Of a DNA stretch of 64,000 nucleotides, positions 26,410-38,841 are shown piece by piece (position 1 is the stretch's first letter; each line of letters begins with the position of its first letter). Source of the DNA: Convolutriloba macropyga (lineage: Eukaryota); the NCBI RefSeq assembly GCF_964194025.1, contig NC_134480.1, forward strand, positions 7,688,001 to 7,752,000. Direction: 5' to 3'. The translations under genes were made by a program, and so were the position numbers. The notes beneath the pieces are model-generated. The model saw nothing but the letters and a program-made list of their open reading frames with translations. It searched no databases and was not told the DNA's origin.

Positions 26410-26540
26410 TTGACCTTGGCGGGCCGGTGGGCGCGCTTCGCCGCGATAACTGGCCCGCGGTTTCCGGATAACATCTCATAGCGGATGAGAGGCATGGCCA
26501 TGGACAGCCGTCCGCTGAGACCCGTACCCACTAGATGTAT
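26410..26540. other. GC-rich island forming two long hairpins (unidentified structured element)
   Basis: GCGGGCCGGT..ACTGGCCCGC stem with GCTTCGC apex (GCGAAGC on minus), then TCTCATAGCGGATG..CGTCCGCTGAGA stem. Sharp GC contrast with the flanks. Confidence 0.55.
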
Positions 26541-27222
26541 AAAAATTGACGTATTTTTGTTTCTTGGGTGCATTGGAATACATTATGCACTATAATACTA
26601 CGCAAAGTATTGATTGTAACGACTAAAAATGTGTTATTTTTGATAGATTACATAACTATTACATATGTTTCGGCTTGCTTTTCTGTCGGCTTACTTTTAC
26701 TTCGGCTTCCTTTGCGTTCTCCTTCTCGTTTATATATATGGTAACTTATTTAGCTATGTTAATACCTATAGAGTGAATAATATTTACTATGAAATTCATA
26801 GATTTTATTGTATTCACATGTTCATTGATAATCGACGGACTACCGGATTTTAAAATTGGTCCAAAAACATTAGAATGGTCTGGTGTTTAAAGGAAAAATC
26901 TCAAGACCCATAATTTGTTTTGTAAGAGGGTTGGTGACCGTTTCTAAAATTTGTGGTTAATTGTCCTTTCGTTCTGAAGACATTGATTATGAGTTCAATT
27001 TTACGAAATGTAATTATTTTTTCCACATTTCTTTTGTCCAAATATTTTTAGGATAATCAGATCACATTTCTGAAATCAACCATGAATTAAAAAAAAATTC
27101 TGGAGAAAAACAAAACCTGGCATTGTCTTCTTATAGGTCTTTTTCGTGAGATGAAGACAATAGATCACACTGGTCCCGCTCTATTTGAGATAATGACCAA
27201 TGCCTTGTCTTTTTTTCTTCAG

Positions 27223-27600
27223 GTCTTTCAAACACCTTTGCTTGCAAAAAATCTCTATCTTAACTGAGTAGGGAGGCATTTAACTTCATCACAACCTTAT
27301 AAATTGAGACGGTGTTTGCAATACTACATGAACAAATATGTGAACGGAGTGCTTTAAAAACAGGAAATTCAATTTTTGAAAAGCTAATTAGACTGTTTTT
27401 GAACAAGGTGGAGGTCATACTGGTTTCCATCTATAAATCAACATAAGTTCACTGGAAATTAGTAACCCATTGATGAATAAGAGATACGTCATAGCAATGA
27501 AAAAACTCAACACGGTCTGAAAAAAATTGTAATGAAAACGATAATTCACAACAAGCCCACAAAAAACGAAGACATCATCAACTGTTTAGAGTAACTTAAT
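27223..27600 (+). pseudogene. Decayed C-type-lectin-like exon
   Basis: After acceptor ttttttcttcag: RCLQYYMN.. then GGH(frameshift)LVSIYKS.. with stops. Resembles a CTLD N-terminal half. Confidence 0.35.
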
Positions 27601-28417
27601 TCAAAGAAACAACTCTTATCGGCCTAATTGAATGAACAATTATATCAATGGTACAGTCAATACATCTTTTTGTATATTGTTTGCTTGTTACTGTAGCGCA
27701 AAAAAAACAATATTCAAAGTTCTTTTTGGATCAGCCAAGCAACTATCAGAGATAGTGTACTAATAATACAAGATGATTAGCAAAAAAATGTAAATAAAGC
27801 GTTACTGATTAATCGACCGATTTATTATAAAGTTGCTTTCGTCCACAGATAACAACCTTTGGTTGAAAGCCTAACTGGGCTTATAAAAAGGCATATTTAC
27901 TTGTTCATAGAAACCCATGAAACGAAAATTTTGCTCAAATATGGGAAAAAAATCGCACGTTTACTCAAAAAAGCAACATTGGGGCTAGAATTTAAACCCT
28001 TTTCTAGTATTTTAGTGATGTTTAGCAAATTTAGTTTCTCGATTTCGTGCCAGTGATGAGAAAAAAAATCTGTCCAAACAATTACTTTTTCATTGTTTTT
28101 CAGTTGCCAAACGTTAATATGACCGTTTTCTATACAATCTTTCATATAACAAGATTTGGAGCTTGCTATATTCAATGCGCATGTTTCAGGCGAGATGGGC
28201 CCAATGACAGAAGTTGAAGGTGAGTGGAAATTTTTCAGTAATCTCGAGCATGAAGTCTTATTAAACGTACAATAGAAAAAAAGATTCCCTGAAAACTATA
28301 AATCGGATTTCAGGGAAGAGGTCCCTTTTCCCATTGAAAAACATATTTAAGATCCGGTCACCCTAGATAATTGGTCGTGGAATACTTTTAAACACATTCT
28401 TGACACATCGAGAGCGA

Positions 28418-29050
28418 CCCTAGTGATGAAAAAATTTAAAATCTTGCAAGAATCTTGCAAGAAATCTTGCAAGGAATGCATAGTTCTTCCTTTTTTCTTG
28501 AAAGATTCTTGCAAGATTTGCATCCATCTTGCAACAGACTTGCAAGATTTTGAATCCATCTTGCAAGAATCTTACAAGATTTTAAATTTACATTTACCTT
28601 TTTGTCCTGGTTACCTGGCTGCTTTTTTGCTGTTGGTTGAGCTGAAATAGTTAATCAACTGTCGGAAAATCTTCTGAAGTCAAGTTAAAACCTGACTTTT
28701 TTGAGATTTTCCAGTATGGTTCTGGTGGTTCTTTCCTCCTCCTTTTTCTTTCCGAGCTTTGGACTGAAAAAACTATAGCAGTACTGATATAGTACGGTAA
28801 AAAAAACCGCACTTACACAGTTTTCCAAAACAAACAACGACAAAAACTAGACGAAGTAAATCACTAAATATAAGGTTTTGTAATTTGTTCAATAAAAAAT
28901 AATTTGCTTTAAAGATCTTTCCTAAAACATTTGTACCCCGATTTATTCTTTTGCCTTGATTGATATCTTGCAAGATTCTTGCAAGAATCTTGCAAGTTTT
29001 GAATCATCTTGCAAGATTCTTGCAAGAGTTGAATCCGCTCGTCACTAGGG
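28418..29050. mobile_element. MITE with CCCTAGTGA TIRs, 2-bp (GA) TSD and TCTTGCAAGA subterminal arrays
   Basis: GA|CCCTAGTGATGA ... TCGTCACTAGGG|GA. Many copies of the palindrome TCTTGCAAGA at both ends. Confidence 0.8.
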
Positions 29051-29310
29051 GAGAAGCCGATTTGTGCCAACTATTACTTATCAAAAAAATATTTGAAAAC
29101 ATACTAAAAAGCATTATCTTCCTGGTTAGAGAATAAGCTTTTGCCGAGTATTCAGCACAAAAAATGCTTCTCACTCGCTGTATCCCACAGAATTTTGCGC
29201 TTTAATTTTTAAAAAAAAATTAAGTCTACTATTTTTTATACTTTATTTTTCTTAGTCTAATCGGTGACTTTATCCTTTTAGATATATCGTCTCAACAAGT
29301 TATTTCATAG

Positions 29311-29568
29311 ATGCCATTTTGGGGTGTACTTTTGCTCACTATTTGCCAGGTAACAGATGATAGTTTATGATTTATGACAATGTTGAGCTTCGAAACCATA
29401 CCAAAGACCAAAAAATCTGCTTTCGAAGATGGCAAATCCAAGATAACCAAATGTTTTCAGACTTCTAGGATACATAGAAATCATAGAATGGGAGTTAATG
29501 ATATCGCTGTCACAGGGAATCATAGAAAAAGTTATACAGGACAATTTCATTCTGTGTAGATAAGCTAG
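29311..29568 (+). pseudogene. Decayed C-type-lectin-like exon
   Basis: Acceptor tttcatag|AT. One frame reads DAILGCTFAHYLPGNR**FMIYDNVELRNHTKDQKICF..YRCHRES*KKLYRTISFCVDKL with many stops. Donor G|GTGAAT. Confidence 0.4.
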
Positions 29569-30080
29569 GTGAATGATAGACAGAAAAACAAGCGGCTTTT
29601 TTCGCTTGCACCTTTATCTCTGCCGCTTTAGAGTAGTAATTATCAAATCAGGGTGCTAAAAACGTTTTATGAAGTGAAAACAAAAGCGATAGGGGGGTTC
29701 AAACAATTAGGAGCTAAATAAAAGCAATATTGGCCAGTAAATTCCGTTATCCGAAGAAATGCCAACACGTACAAAGCAACGCTCATACACGGACCCTGTT
29801 TTAACTGTTTTTGAGCACACGTATTCTGATAAACACAAAATTTTGCTGGTGATTAATCAAGTTGTCAGTTATACATTTTGTTCTGAACCATTTTATAGTT
29901 TTGTTTAGATTTCAGATCCTGTGAACACTGGATACCCTAATTACTAAAATTTAACCACAGCAACGTAACGAGTTATAATTATCTGGTGCAACTATAACGG
30001 GCACCAAAAGTCAATATTAAGCTTTTTTATCATAGCTTTCAATGAAAACAGTTTTGATCAATAACTTGCTTCGATTTTAG

Positions 30081-30197
30081 ATCCGTGCGAAACTGGGCAT
30101 CATTTCTGCAGTGACCTGGCTACCTGTTCGTTCAACGGAAAAAAATATTTCTGTTTGTGTCCGCCGCACTTAAATGGAAACGGATTGTTCTGCACAA
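30081..30197 (+). CDS. EGF-domain exon (phase 1-1) of the mosaic protein
   Basis: attttag|AT..CACAA|gtgagt. 117 nt encoding DPCETGHHFCSDLATCSFNGKKYFCLCPPHLNGNGLFCT, with six Cys in EGF spacing. Confidence 0.85.
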
Positions 30198-30206
30198 GTG
30201 AGTGCC

Positions 30207-30707
30207 NNNNNNNNNNNNNNNNNNNNNNNNNNNNNNNNNNNNNNNNNNNNNNNNNNNNNNNNNNNNNNNNNNNNNNNNNNNNNNNNNNNNNNNNNNNNNN
30301 NNNNNNNNNNNNNNNNNNNNNNNNNNNNNNNNNNNNNNNNNNNNNNNNNNNNNNNNNNNNNNNNNNNNNNNNNNNNNNNNNNNNNNNNNNNNNNNNNNNN
30401 NNNNNNNNNNNNNNNNNNNNNNNNNNNNNNNNNNNNNNNNNNNNNNNNNNNNNNNNNNNNNNNNNNNNNNNNNNNNNNNNNNNNNNNNNNNNNNNNNNNN
30501 NNNNNNNNNNNNNNNNNNNNNNNNNNNNNNNNNNNNNNNNNNNNNNNNNNNNNNNNNNNNNNNNNNNNNNNNNNNNNNNNNNNNNNNNNNNNNNNNNNNN
30601 NNNNNNNNNNNNNNNNNNNNNNNNNNNNNNNNNNNNNNNNNNNNNNNNNNNNNNNNNNNNNNNNNNNNNNNNNNNNNNNNNNNNNNNNNNNNNNNNNNNN
30701 NNNNNNN
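30207..30707. other. Assembly gap (N run)
   Basis: 501 Ns. Confidence 1.
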
Positions 30708-32292
30708 TTGCAATCAGAGTGGTCTCCATTATTAAATAATATTGGTTTATCTTGATTAAAAATCAAATGTTGCTGATTATTTCTTATCGCCAATCTTGAT
30801 GTTTTCTCTGATCTTTGATGACTCTTCCTCTCTCCCTCAGCCTTTTAACTCTCGTTTTCTCCTTCCTCGATTTATTGAACTTGAAATGAGCACAAGTTCC
30901 CTCCTGTTGGATGACATTGCTGAAGAAAAGGCTCCCATCTCATTGGATGAGTTCAATAATGATTCTGGGCGTGTTTCTAACTTCTCAAGAGATTGATTCA
31001 GTTCAGCAAAAGCGAATAGGAATAGTTACCTTCACTTTGCGTCCCACTTAATCGGGTCGCTAATTAACAGACAATTTCAACTACGGAGTTCGCAAGAACA
31101 GCGTAGTAGCCGATCCTCGTATGATGACAACAGAAATTGATTGAACTGCTCTATCGAAGGCAATGAATGTCCCCTTGACTGATAGTTTCTGCTATCAGCT
31201 AAAAAGAAATGCGAAGTAAGTTCTTCTTCAGAGTCTTCGAGAGACCGCCCAAAACTTCGATTGCCAGAGGGACGAACGAAATTTCTTGTTGAGCTTAGTG
31301 GATATATTTGGTGGATTTTGCCCGATAAACTCAAACAGAAAACTTGTCAATCCAAATGGAGGATTTTGAAAATTTTTGTCCGTTCTTCTCGTCTGTCAGT
31401 TAGTGTAGGGAAATAATATGTTTTGTCTGGCGTTTTTCGATTCAGTTTTTGCTTCAGATAATATTTTTTTTGCTGCTGAATCGTTTGTAAGTGACAGTGC
31501 AATTTGATCTTATCAGAAAATTGGTCATAGATAAAATATTTAGCCTAGGAATAAACGTATGTGAGAAGTTTCCAAAATTTCCGTCCATTTTCAATTCAAA
31601 TCATGCAAGATAACCCTTTTCCAAGTAGTTCTTGCTTATAGTTGTTTCTAACGCTATAGCTTAAGTCAAAGTTTTTCTATATGCCAAAAACAGAGAAGCA
31701 ATATAAAATTGAAGCAGAAAAAACTCTATTTTTTTCTAACCGACTTTATTATTGTGGCTACTCTGAAGTTAATTTTGTCAGATTGATTTCTCAATTTTAA
31801 ATCAAATTAAAGAAACAGAGCAGTTCACTACCGAACCCCTTCCATAGCAACTAGAGCAAAACAGCCAAAGTTGAACGAATTAGAAAAACTCGGGCGGAAA
31901 AATCTTAGTTGATCGTACAACAATATTTTTCCGGATCACAGTTTCTTAGTCTTCTTAGAAGAATAATGTTTGGTATTAACGTGGTCGATAACACGGGTCA
32001 AAACAATTCAGTATGTTAAATTTTAAAATAAATTTGGAACTGAAAATATACAAAATTTCGCTCGTACTTAAAATAGTTGTTTATAAAAAATATACAGAGA
32101 AAAACTACATTAGCTGAAAAACATTTTTCTTGATTGACATATGAATAGATGTTAGTTTTTAATCCCGGAGTTGATTTTGTATTTTCTGCAACATTTCATG
32201 AGAATCATATGTGGCCTAGATACAATCTAGCTCATTAGTTGGAAGTCATTGGCTGTAAGAATTAGGTTTCTATTGATGGGAGAATTAACTTT

Positions 32293-34010
32293 TGATATAT
32301 GGTTGATGAACCAATAAGATAAGGATAACGCCAAACAAAATTAGAATCGAGTTTGTTGTGTGGCCAATACTTATCGACATAGCAGAAAAACTCGTCAGAT
32401 AAGTGTTTCTTTCGTACTTTGAAACTTTAATACTATAACTTCGAATTTTTCGATATTTCTTTGAAACCATCACATACTGCCTCCTTTTTAAGCAAGTTTG
32501 TGGGTATAGGTTCTCCAAGTCTGTCAAATTGTTTTCTTTTTCTTGTTGATGATCGCCAAGGTTCTGATGATTCAGGTTGTTGTTGCTCTGCAGCTGATGT
32601 AGCTGCAGAAGCTTTGTTTTGATATGAAGGTCCCACATCTGTGCGCTGAACTGTGGCTCTGATTGGTATATTGTCTGCTCCACTAGTGGTTCAGTTTTCT
32701 CATTGTCCTCATCCAGTATTGGAAATTGGTTGTCGCTCACTAGGATAGTCTTAGTTGAGGTTTCGAGTTTTATGAGAGATATGTTCAAGCTCTTCCTGCT
32801 GATAAAATTTACAGGAACTTTGGTCTTGAATAAAATGGGTTTCAAAGTCTGCTTTTGCTTGTAGTCTCACTCTGCGTCCCAATAGAAGTTCAACTGGAGT
32901 TTTGCTCTCAATGCAACGATACCCAGGTTGAGGTGGCCAGACCAAATTGAGCTCTGATCAGACCATCTTCGAGCGCACACATGTTCTCGGTGCGCTCGAA
33001 TTACAGTGTCTGGAAAAGGCTTCGAGCGCACTGTTGTCTGGACAATGGTCTTGGAACTTGCCTGATCAGAGGCTACTTTGGTCTGGAACGGTCTGAACAG
33101 TGGTCAATCTGGTCTGGGACGGTCAGGTCAGAGGCATTTTCGAGCGCACACTAGTCTGATCAGAGGCTTATTGGAGCGCACACTAGTCTGACCATAGACC
33201 AAGTCGAGCAAATTTTTTTTCAAGTTTTTTTACTGATATTTTTTGTCTATGGTAAGAGTCAACAAGAAAGCAGCTTGCTGATCAGAACTCCATCTAAAAA
33301 TCTGATGGGTTTGATCAGAACCAAGGGGTCCAGCTGATAGCAACTTCCCTTCGACAAAAGATTTTGAATCTAAGTAGATCAAGACGTTTTCATGCAAAGC
33401 TGTCTAAGTTCATTTATTCAGTTAAAAACATAAAAAATGGCATGCTCAATAAATTTATTTGAGAATTTTTTTGATTTTGTTTTCTTTAGCAATACTTTTA
33501 GAATAGGCTTTTCGTTAGTTGAAGATTGAAAACATCAATTTTCATGAGATGAATATATTACAACGAGAGATTTGTTTATGTTCAAAATCATTCTCTGATC
33601 AGACTATTTTGAACGCACTTTAGTCTAAAAAGAGGCAACTTCGAGCGCACTTTTGTCTGATCATAGGCAATTTCGAGCGCACTTCATTCTGATCAGAGGC
33701 TATATCGAGCGCACTTCAATCTGATCAGTTGCGGATTCGAGGGCACACTAGTCTGATCAGGGTATGACTTTCGAGCTCACAATAGTCTGATCAGAGGAGC
33801 TTTTTGAGCGCATTTTAAGCGCACACTGAGCTTCGAGCGCTCTATAGTCTAATCAGAGGACACTTCAGTCTGGGTCGGTCTGATCAGAGGTCGCTTTTGT
33901 CTGGGACGGTCTGATCAGAAGCCATTTTGGTCTGGACCTCAACCTGGGTAGCAACTGCCGGCTTTCAGGGCACCGAAATCAGCCAAAACGTGCACCAAAC
34001 ATGAGCTCAT
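32293..34010 (-). mobile_element. Gypsy-type LTR retrotransposon 3' remnant (integrase tail, PPT, 3' LTR), interrupted by a MITE
   Basis: KTPVELLLGRRVR and WRSSTRKRKQFDRL motifs typical of the Ty3/Gypsy pol C-terminus. PPT AAAAAGGAGGCAG, then a candidate LTR TGTGATGG..ATATCA (32474-32293). Confidence 0.65.
32922..33948. mobile_element. MITE with CCCAGGTTGAGGT TIRs, TA TSD and TCTGATCAGA/TCGAGCGCAC subterminal arrays
   Basis: TA|CCCAGGTTGAGGT ... ACCTCAACCTGGG|TA. ~30-bp tandem units at both ends. Confidence 0.88.
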
Positions 34011-34189
34011 GTTTTTGTAGCTTTGAAAGATTAATGTTTGCTTCGCCAGATCTTAAAAAAATATCTTATCATAAGAATCGTGCCAGATCTTATAGAAAAG
34101 CCGTCCAGTTTTAACGAGTCCTTATGAAAATATCAATTAATCTGAATATAGGGCCATAATTGATATATTTATAAATTTTTCAAAAATTC

Positions 34190-34550
34190 TGATAAGCGAG
34201 GATTTGCATTGGACGAATAAAAAGTGGCGAATTCTTGGTGTTGATTTATATAAATGAATCCAAATAAAAATTGATGAAAAAAATGATCAAAAAAGACAGG
34301 CGATGGTTAAGAAATTCTATAGGTAAGTCAGTTATTTTCAAGAATAACAAAATCTAAGCTACGAATTTGAGAAGTTTGGTCTCCGTTAGTACCGGATTAC
34401 ATTAAACAGTTCATGAGAGTTATGACCACTAATATCAGCTCACTAATATGCCCATATCCAGCCCAAAAATTTAGCCTTATGGTTGCGGCACCGATTATGA
34501 TATAAACTACAGCTATAAACTAATTTGTTTCTGGGCAACAACGTAATTCA
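34190..34550 (+). pseudogene. Decayed C-type-lectin-like segments
   Basis: ICIGRIKSGEFLVLIYINESK*KLMKK.. and ..STGLH*..YGCGTDYDINYSYKLICFW with in-frame stops. Confidence 0.3.
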
Positions 34551-34663
34551 TGCATAACTTTGGGTTTATTTTTCATTCAGCTGGCGGGAATGGTGATAGA
34601 TAACTGCCTTTCCATTAATTTCGTTTGTAATGGCTTTACAGTATTTTTTATCACTTGTTTCAG

Positions 34664-34726
34664 GCTACCAACGACTGGACATCGGAAACAGGGCTGTGAT
34701 TTCATCTACCAACGCCCACATTTCAG
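34664..34726 (+). CDS. Phase 1-1 exon: start of an F-type lectin / galactose-binding-like domain
   Basis: ttgtttcag|GC..TCAG|gttaa. 63 nt encoding YQRLDIGNRAVISSTNAHIS, which joins in frame to the exon at 35356. Confidence 0.55.
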
Positions 34727-34909
34727 GTTAAATGACCTTTTTCGAGAGATCTATATCACGTTTCATATTGCACAAATCCAAGGTCAAAAGGTCAACAGTT
34801 GGGCGAACTTTTGTCAATTGCAGCTAAAGAGCCCTCATGATTTAATTGTGTTATTGTCAGCAAAATCTTGACTCACAAAAAGTGGTTAAAGTAGCGCATA
34901 AATCCGCTA

Positions 34910-35215
34910 CCCGTGTTGAGGACAACGACGAAAAAACGACAATCTTTTGGTAAGAAATCGTTGTTTTCGTCGTTTTGTCGTCATTTTAGCCGTTTTGTCG
35001 TAGTTTTCTTCGTTTTCATTAATTTCCGTTGTTTAAATCGTCTTTTGCGTGTAAGAAATTATCGTTTTTTCGTCGTTTTTTGTCGTTTCTTACGCCGTTT
35101 TCATCAAATAAAATAGTCATTTTTTGATCGTTTTTTTTGTCCTTTCTTACGTCGTTTTTTTTTCGTTTCCTACGACGATTTCTTATAAGTGAAAAACAAA
35201 ATTCCTCAACACAGG
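34910..35215. mobile_element. MITE with CCCGTGTTGAGG TIRs, TA TSD and GTCGTTTT arrays
   Basis: TA|CCCGTGTTGAGG ... CCTCAACACAGG|TA. Confidence 0.82.
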
Positions 35216-35355
35216 TAACCTGGGCTAGCCGCTGAGTTTTTTTTTACCGAAACTTCGATGAAATGAAGACGTCTAATAAACTTGAGATACTATTTCAAAT
35301 CAGGTCGAAAAACGTCAATTCTTTTCGTAATGTATGATGAAGCTACAAATTTTAG

Positions 35356-35526
35356 GTCCTATCAGCACCCTTCATGACCTCAATGTGGGCATGAGTCCAT
35401 GGAGTGGTCACTGCTTGTCCATTTCAAGTACGAACTCTGGACAAATTTGGGAAATCAGAATTGAGTTTGAAGAGCGTCATTACGTCAAAGCTGTCGGAAT
35501 CTTCAACGATATCAGTCGATATAGTG
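35356..35526 (+). CDS. Exon encoding the core of an F-type lectin (fucolectin)/F5-8C-like domain
   Basis: aattttag|GT. Reads GPISTLHDLNVGMSPWSGHCLSISSTNSGQIWEIRIEFEERHYVKAVGIFNDISRYS, similar to the FTP pattern (A.DG....C.H......W..D......V..V.I.N). The donor position is uncertain. Confidence 0.55.
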
Positions 35527-37463
35527 GTGCGAAATTTTGATAGCCATTTCTTCAATGTGATGAGCGATACCAAGTTTTAGATTACAGGTCGAATCGATCT
35601 CTGATGCGAAAATCCGCAAGGGAAAACCACGTAAATCTTACATATCGGCTCACAAATTCTGATCTTAGATCATTTTGATCTGATCATAAAAATTCTTTAA
35701 TATCAATACTTTAATACTTTAATCTGAATTTTGCGAAAATCCGAAAATCCAAGCAAAGGGAAGACATGATGAAACCCACAATTGTATGATAGAACAGACG
35801 TAAATGTTCACACCTCGATATAATAAATGTGCGCAGACGTCACAATTTTTGTGATTTTTTTAGTAGAGTGCGAGGAGGTTTCAGTTTTGGTGAAGATTTC
35901 TGTTGATGAAGTTGAGACGCGTTAGTTTGGGCAAAATATTTGGAAGTGAAAAATGATTTTTCCGACAAAACATTCCGCAATTTCAGCTTGCCTTATCCCA
36001 GAAATCTTATTCTCTTCAGATCAGTTCTAACTTTTAAGCCACATGTGAAAAAATGTGCTTTTTTTACATCGAAAAAAATTCTGGACAATTTTTTTCTCAT
36101 AACTTTCAGACCTGTTCTCCAACTTTTTAGTCGTTTCCTGATCTTATGCCATTCAGTTAGTACTAACAACTAAACCAACAAATCAACCGCTCTGTGTCGA
36201 ACGAGATTCAGCTCTAAACGTAAAAGCAGGGATGGAGCGAAAACTCGACGAATCTCTGAGACGTAGGAATAGTAAAATATCGCAGTAGGAACTACGCAGC
36301 CTGGAATAAGGTAGCACGATTGAGAGACAAGTTGATGTGCTCGCAAGAACAACTGAGATCTTAATAGGCGATTCGTCAAACTCTTTTTTTCGTACCGGTT
36401 GTCCAGCACATCGAGCTGCTAGAAATGCAGAGAAGAACAAGAGACTGAAGCGTCAATTAGTACTATATTTCTCTTCAAGAAATCGTTGGCGCTCTGTTTC
36501 TGTCTCGAGAACGGTTGAGCGTTTTGACAACAGAATTATCAATTCAATGTTATTGCCATTATATTGATTCTTGAGATAAATTGGTAGAGTGTCGAAACTT
36601 TAGCAAAAAAACATGTTCATTTAAACCAATGGTGTCTGTTGAGTGCCTAATCGAGTTTCAATTGGCACCTTTTTGGATAACCTGTCCAATGGAACTTACC
36701 AATCGGCACTTAGGTGGTCTGTAGAGTATCTAATCGAGTTTCAACTTGCACCAGAACAAAACCTTGTTGAAAAACAATTTGAGAAAAAAAACTGTGTGAA
36801 TATAAATCACATTCAACTACGCTAAAAGCGTTAGGTATTACAAGATTTTTTCCATTCTCTTGATTATTAAAACTCCACTGTTTTTCAAACTTACGTGATT
36901 TACTTCATGAATCATTTTTTGTTTCAAATTCATCTCTTAGGTAGGAAGTTTCTGAATTTATATATTTTTCTTTTTTAGTCTAAATAATTTAAACTCTTAG
37001 TAAAAAAACAAGGTGAAACAAAAAGTTGGGAGTTTAAGCACCAAACAGGAGACATTATATGACAACCTAGAACCACTTGCTGAAGAGAAAAATTTCGAAA
37101 TTATTGTCCTAAATAATCAATTCCACTTGAAAAAAATTCTGTCAAATTGTTGTGCGAGAGTACTTGTGAAAAATTTTTCAGCAAGATGAATTTAGGGAAT
37201 GTATATTGAATTTTGCATCTAACACTTCCCTGGTTAAGCAAGAATTGAAAATTTACGAGATTCTTGCAAGATTATAAATTCTCTTGGAAAACAATACTGT
37301 CACTTTTTGAGAAACTAAAATTGAAAAACAAAATACTTCAGTTTGAAAAAAAACTTCACAACCAAATTTTGCTACACCGTTTTTGTCAAAATTTTTTAGT
37401 GTACATAAATTGCTAATTTGCTATTTAGCTAATTTGCTAATTTGCCAACACGCTATTTTGCTA

Positions 37464-37663
37464 NNNNNNNNNNNNNNNNNNNNNNNNNNNNNNNNNNNNN
37501 NNNNNNNNNNNNNNNNNNNNNNNNNNNNNNNNNNNNNNNNNNNNNNNNNNNNNNNNNNNNNNNNNNNNNNNNNNNNNNNNNNNNNNNNNNNNNNNNNNNN
37601 NNNNNNNNNNNNNNNNNNNNNNNNNNNNNNNNNNNNNNNNNNNNNNNNNNNNNNNNNNNNNNN
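37464..37663. other. Assembly gap (N run), preceded by an AATTTGCT-type simple repeat
   Basis: 200 Ns. 37405-37463 is a short tandem repeat. Confidence 1.
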
Positions 37664-37795
37664 CGAGAGGGGCTTTACGTGATTTGCGTTACTTTGTCTG
37701 AAATACTAACTCTTTCACACTATAGAGGTCTAGTGTTTGAAAACTTTTACGTTTGCTTCATTTTTTTTAAAGAGCTTCCCATCGTTCCATTTTAG

Positions 37796-38052
37796 GGGGT
37801 GGTGACGAGATATGCACCAGTAATTATTCAAACTCCGCCAGTCTCGACGGACAATGTACATTTCTCACGGCAACCAATCTCTCCAAATTTGAGTTCGACG
37901 TTAACATCATTGTCACAGGATCCAATGGAAAAACCAAGGAATCTGTTTCCACTCTCAGGAGTCAAATAGTGTTGCGTCGTTTTTTCCCTTCCATTACAGC
38001 TCATCGGTATAACGTTGCGATACCTAAAATTTGCTCAAAACGTGCACGTTGA
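37796..38052 (+). CDS. Candidate terminal exon of the mosaic protein
   Basis: ccattttag|GG opens a phase-1 frame of ~85 codons (GGDEICTSNYSNSASLDGQCTFL..) ending in TGA at 38050-38052. Confidence 0.35.
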
Positions 38053-38700
38053 GGTCTTTAAGGACAGAATGAACATATAGGCCAACACTTAATTATAGAG
38101 GTCTTCCTAATAATTTAAGAGACCTCTGAGAAACTAAATTACGTTAAAAGCTGGTTTGCAGTTGCTCTTTTTAGTCTGCACGTAGAATTGCGAGGTCTAT
38201 CGCTGCACTTTTTTTTACAAATTGGATTCTTTCGATTAGGCATAGCTGACACGTTGCTAAGAGCAATTTTTGAAAACTGTGACAAATGCGAGAGTTGAAA
38301 TACTTGAGCAAATGTATTGCTCTGAAACTATCTATTAATTGGACCACCAAAGGCGCATACTATACGGGGGGGGGGGTGTTGGTAACATTTTTTTGAAAAT
38401 TTTTGAGGAGGTGCCATTGCAACCCAGGTGCAGGCCTCAATTTATAAAAATGAAATAAAAGACGCTAAAAGTGAAACCGTAACAAATAGAACTCTGGCAT
38501 CAGAATTATTGTTCAGAGAATTATTGTATCAGAGATCCAAATCCGTAACACGGACTTGGATCTCTCTGTTCTCTTTTTAAACAACTAGTGCTTTGTCATT
38601 TGTAGGTAGTCTATCCAAATCATACACCATGGGTTTACTTGTGACTCTGGCAACTTATATTCTCAGCGCCGTTTTAATTGAAGTTTTCATTCGAGGTCCC

Positions 38701-38841
38701 GGATCTATTCTGTTTGCCCCCCCCCCCCCAGCTTAGTGGGCTTATATTTTTTACGCCCCCCAGGAGCACGTGCTATTTTTTTTACATAGTAACGTGCTAT
38801 ATTGGGGGCTAAAACACTGAGGGGGGGGACAGAATAGGTCC
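38701..38841 (+). mobile_element. Short MITE with GGATCTATTCTGT TIRs and C/G runs (second copy 40493-40654)
   Basis: GGATCTATTCTGT..ACAGAATAG(G/A)TCC, flanked by an imperfect GAGGTCCC-like duplication. Confidence 0.7.

Noticed and set aside
26470-26525. Hammerhead or HDV ribozyme in the GC island
   Set aside because: CGGATGAG does not match CUGANGA, no GAAA follows stem II, and I could not build an HDV double pseudoknot.
30100-30793. Long ORFs in all six frames
   Set aside because: Artefacts of the N gap. Only the EGF exon at 30081-30197 is supported.
30796-31334. Ser-rich ORFs after the gap
   Set aside because: No recognisable domain; possibly an exon or decayed TE ORF, but unsupported.
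36170-36567. Overlapping ORFs as further lectin exons
   Set aside because: No convincing splice sites or domain pattern.
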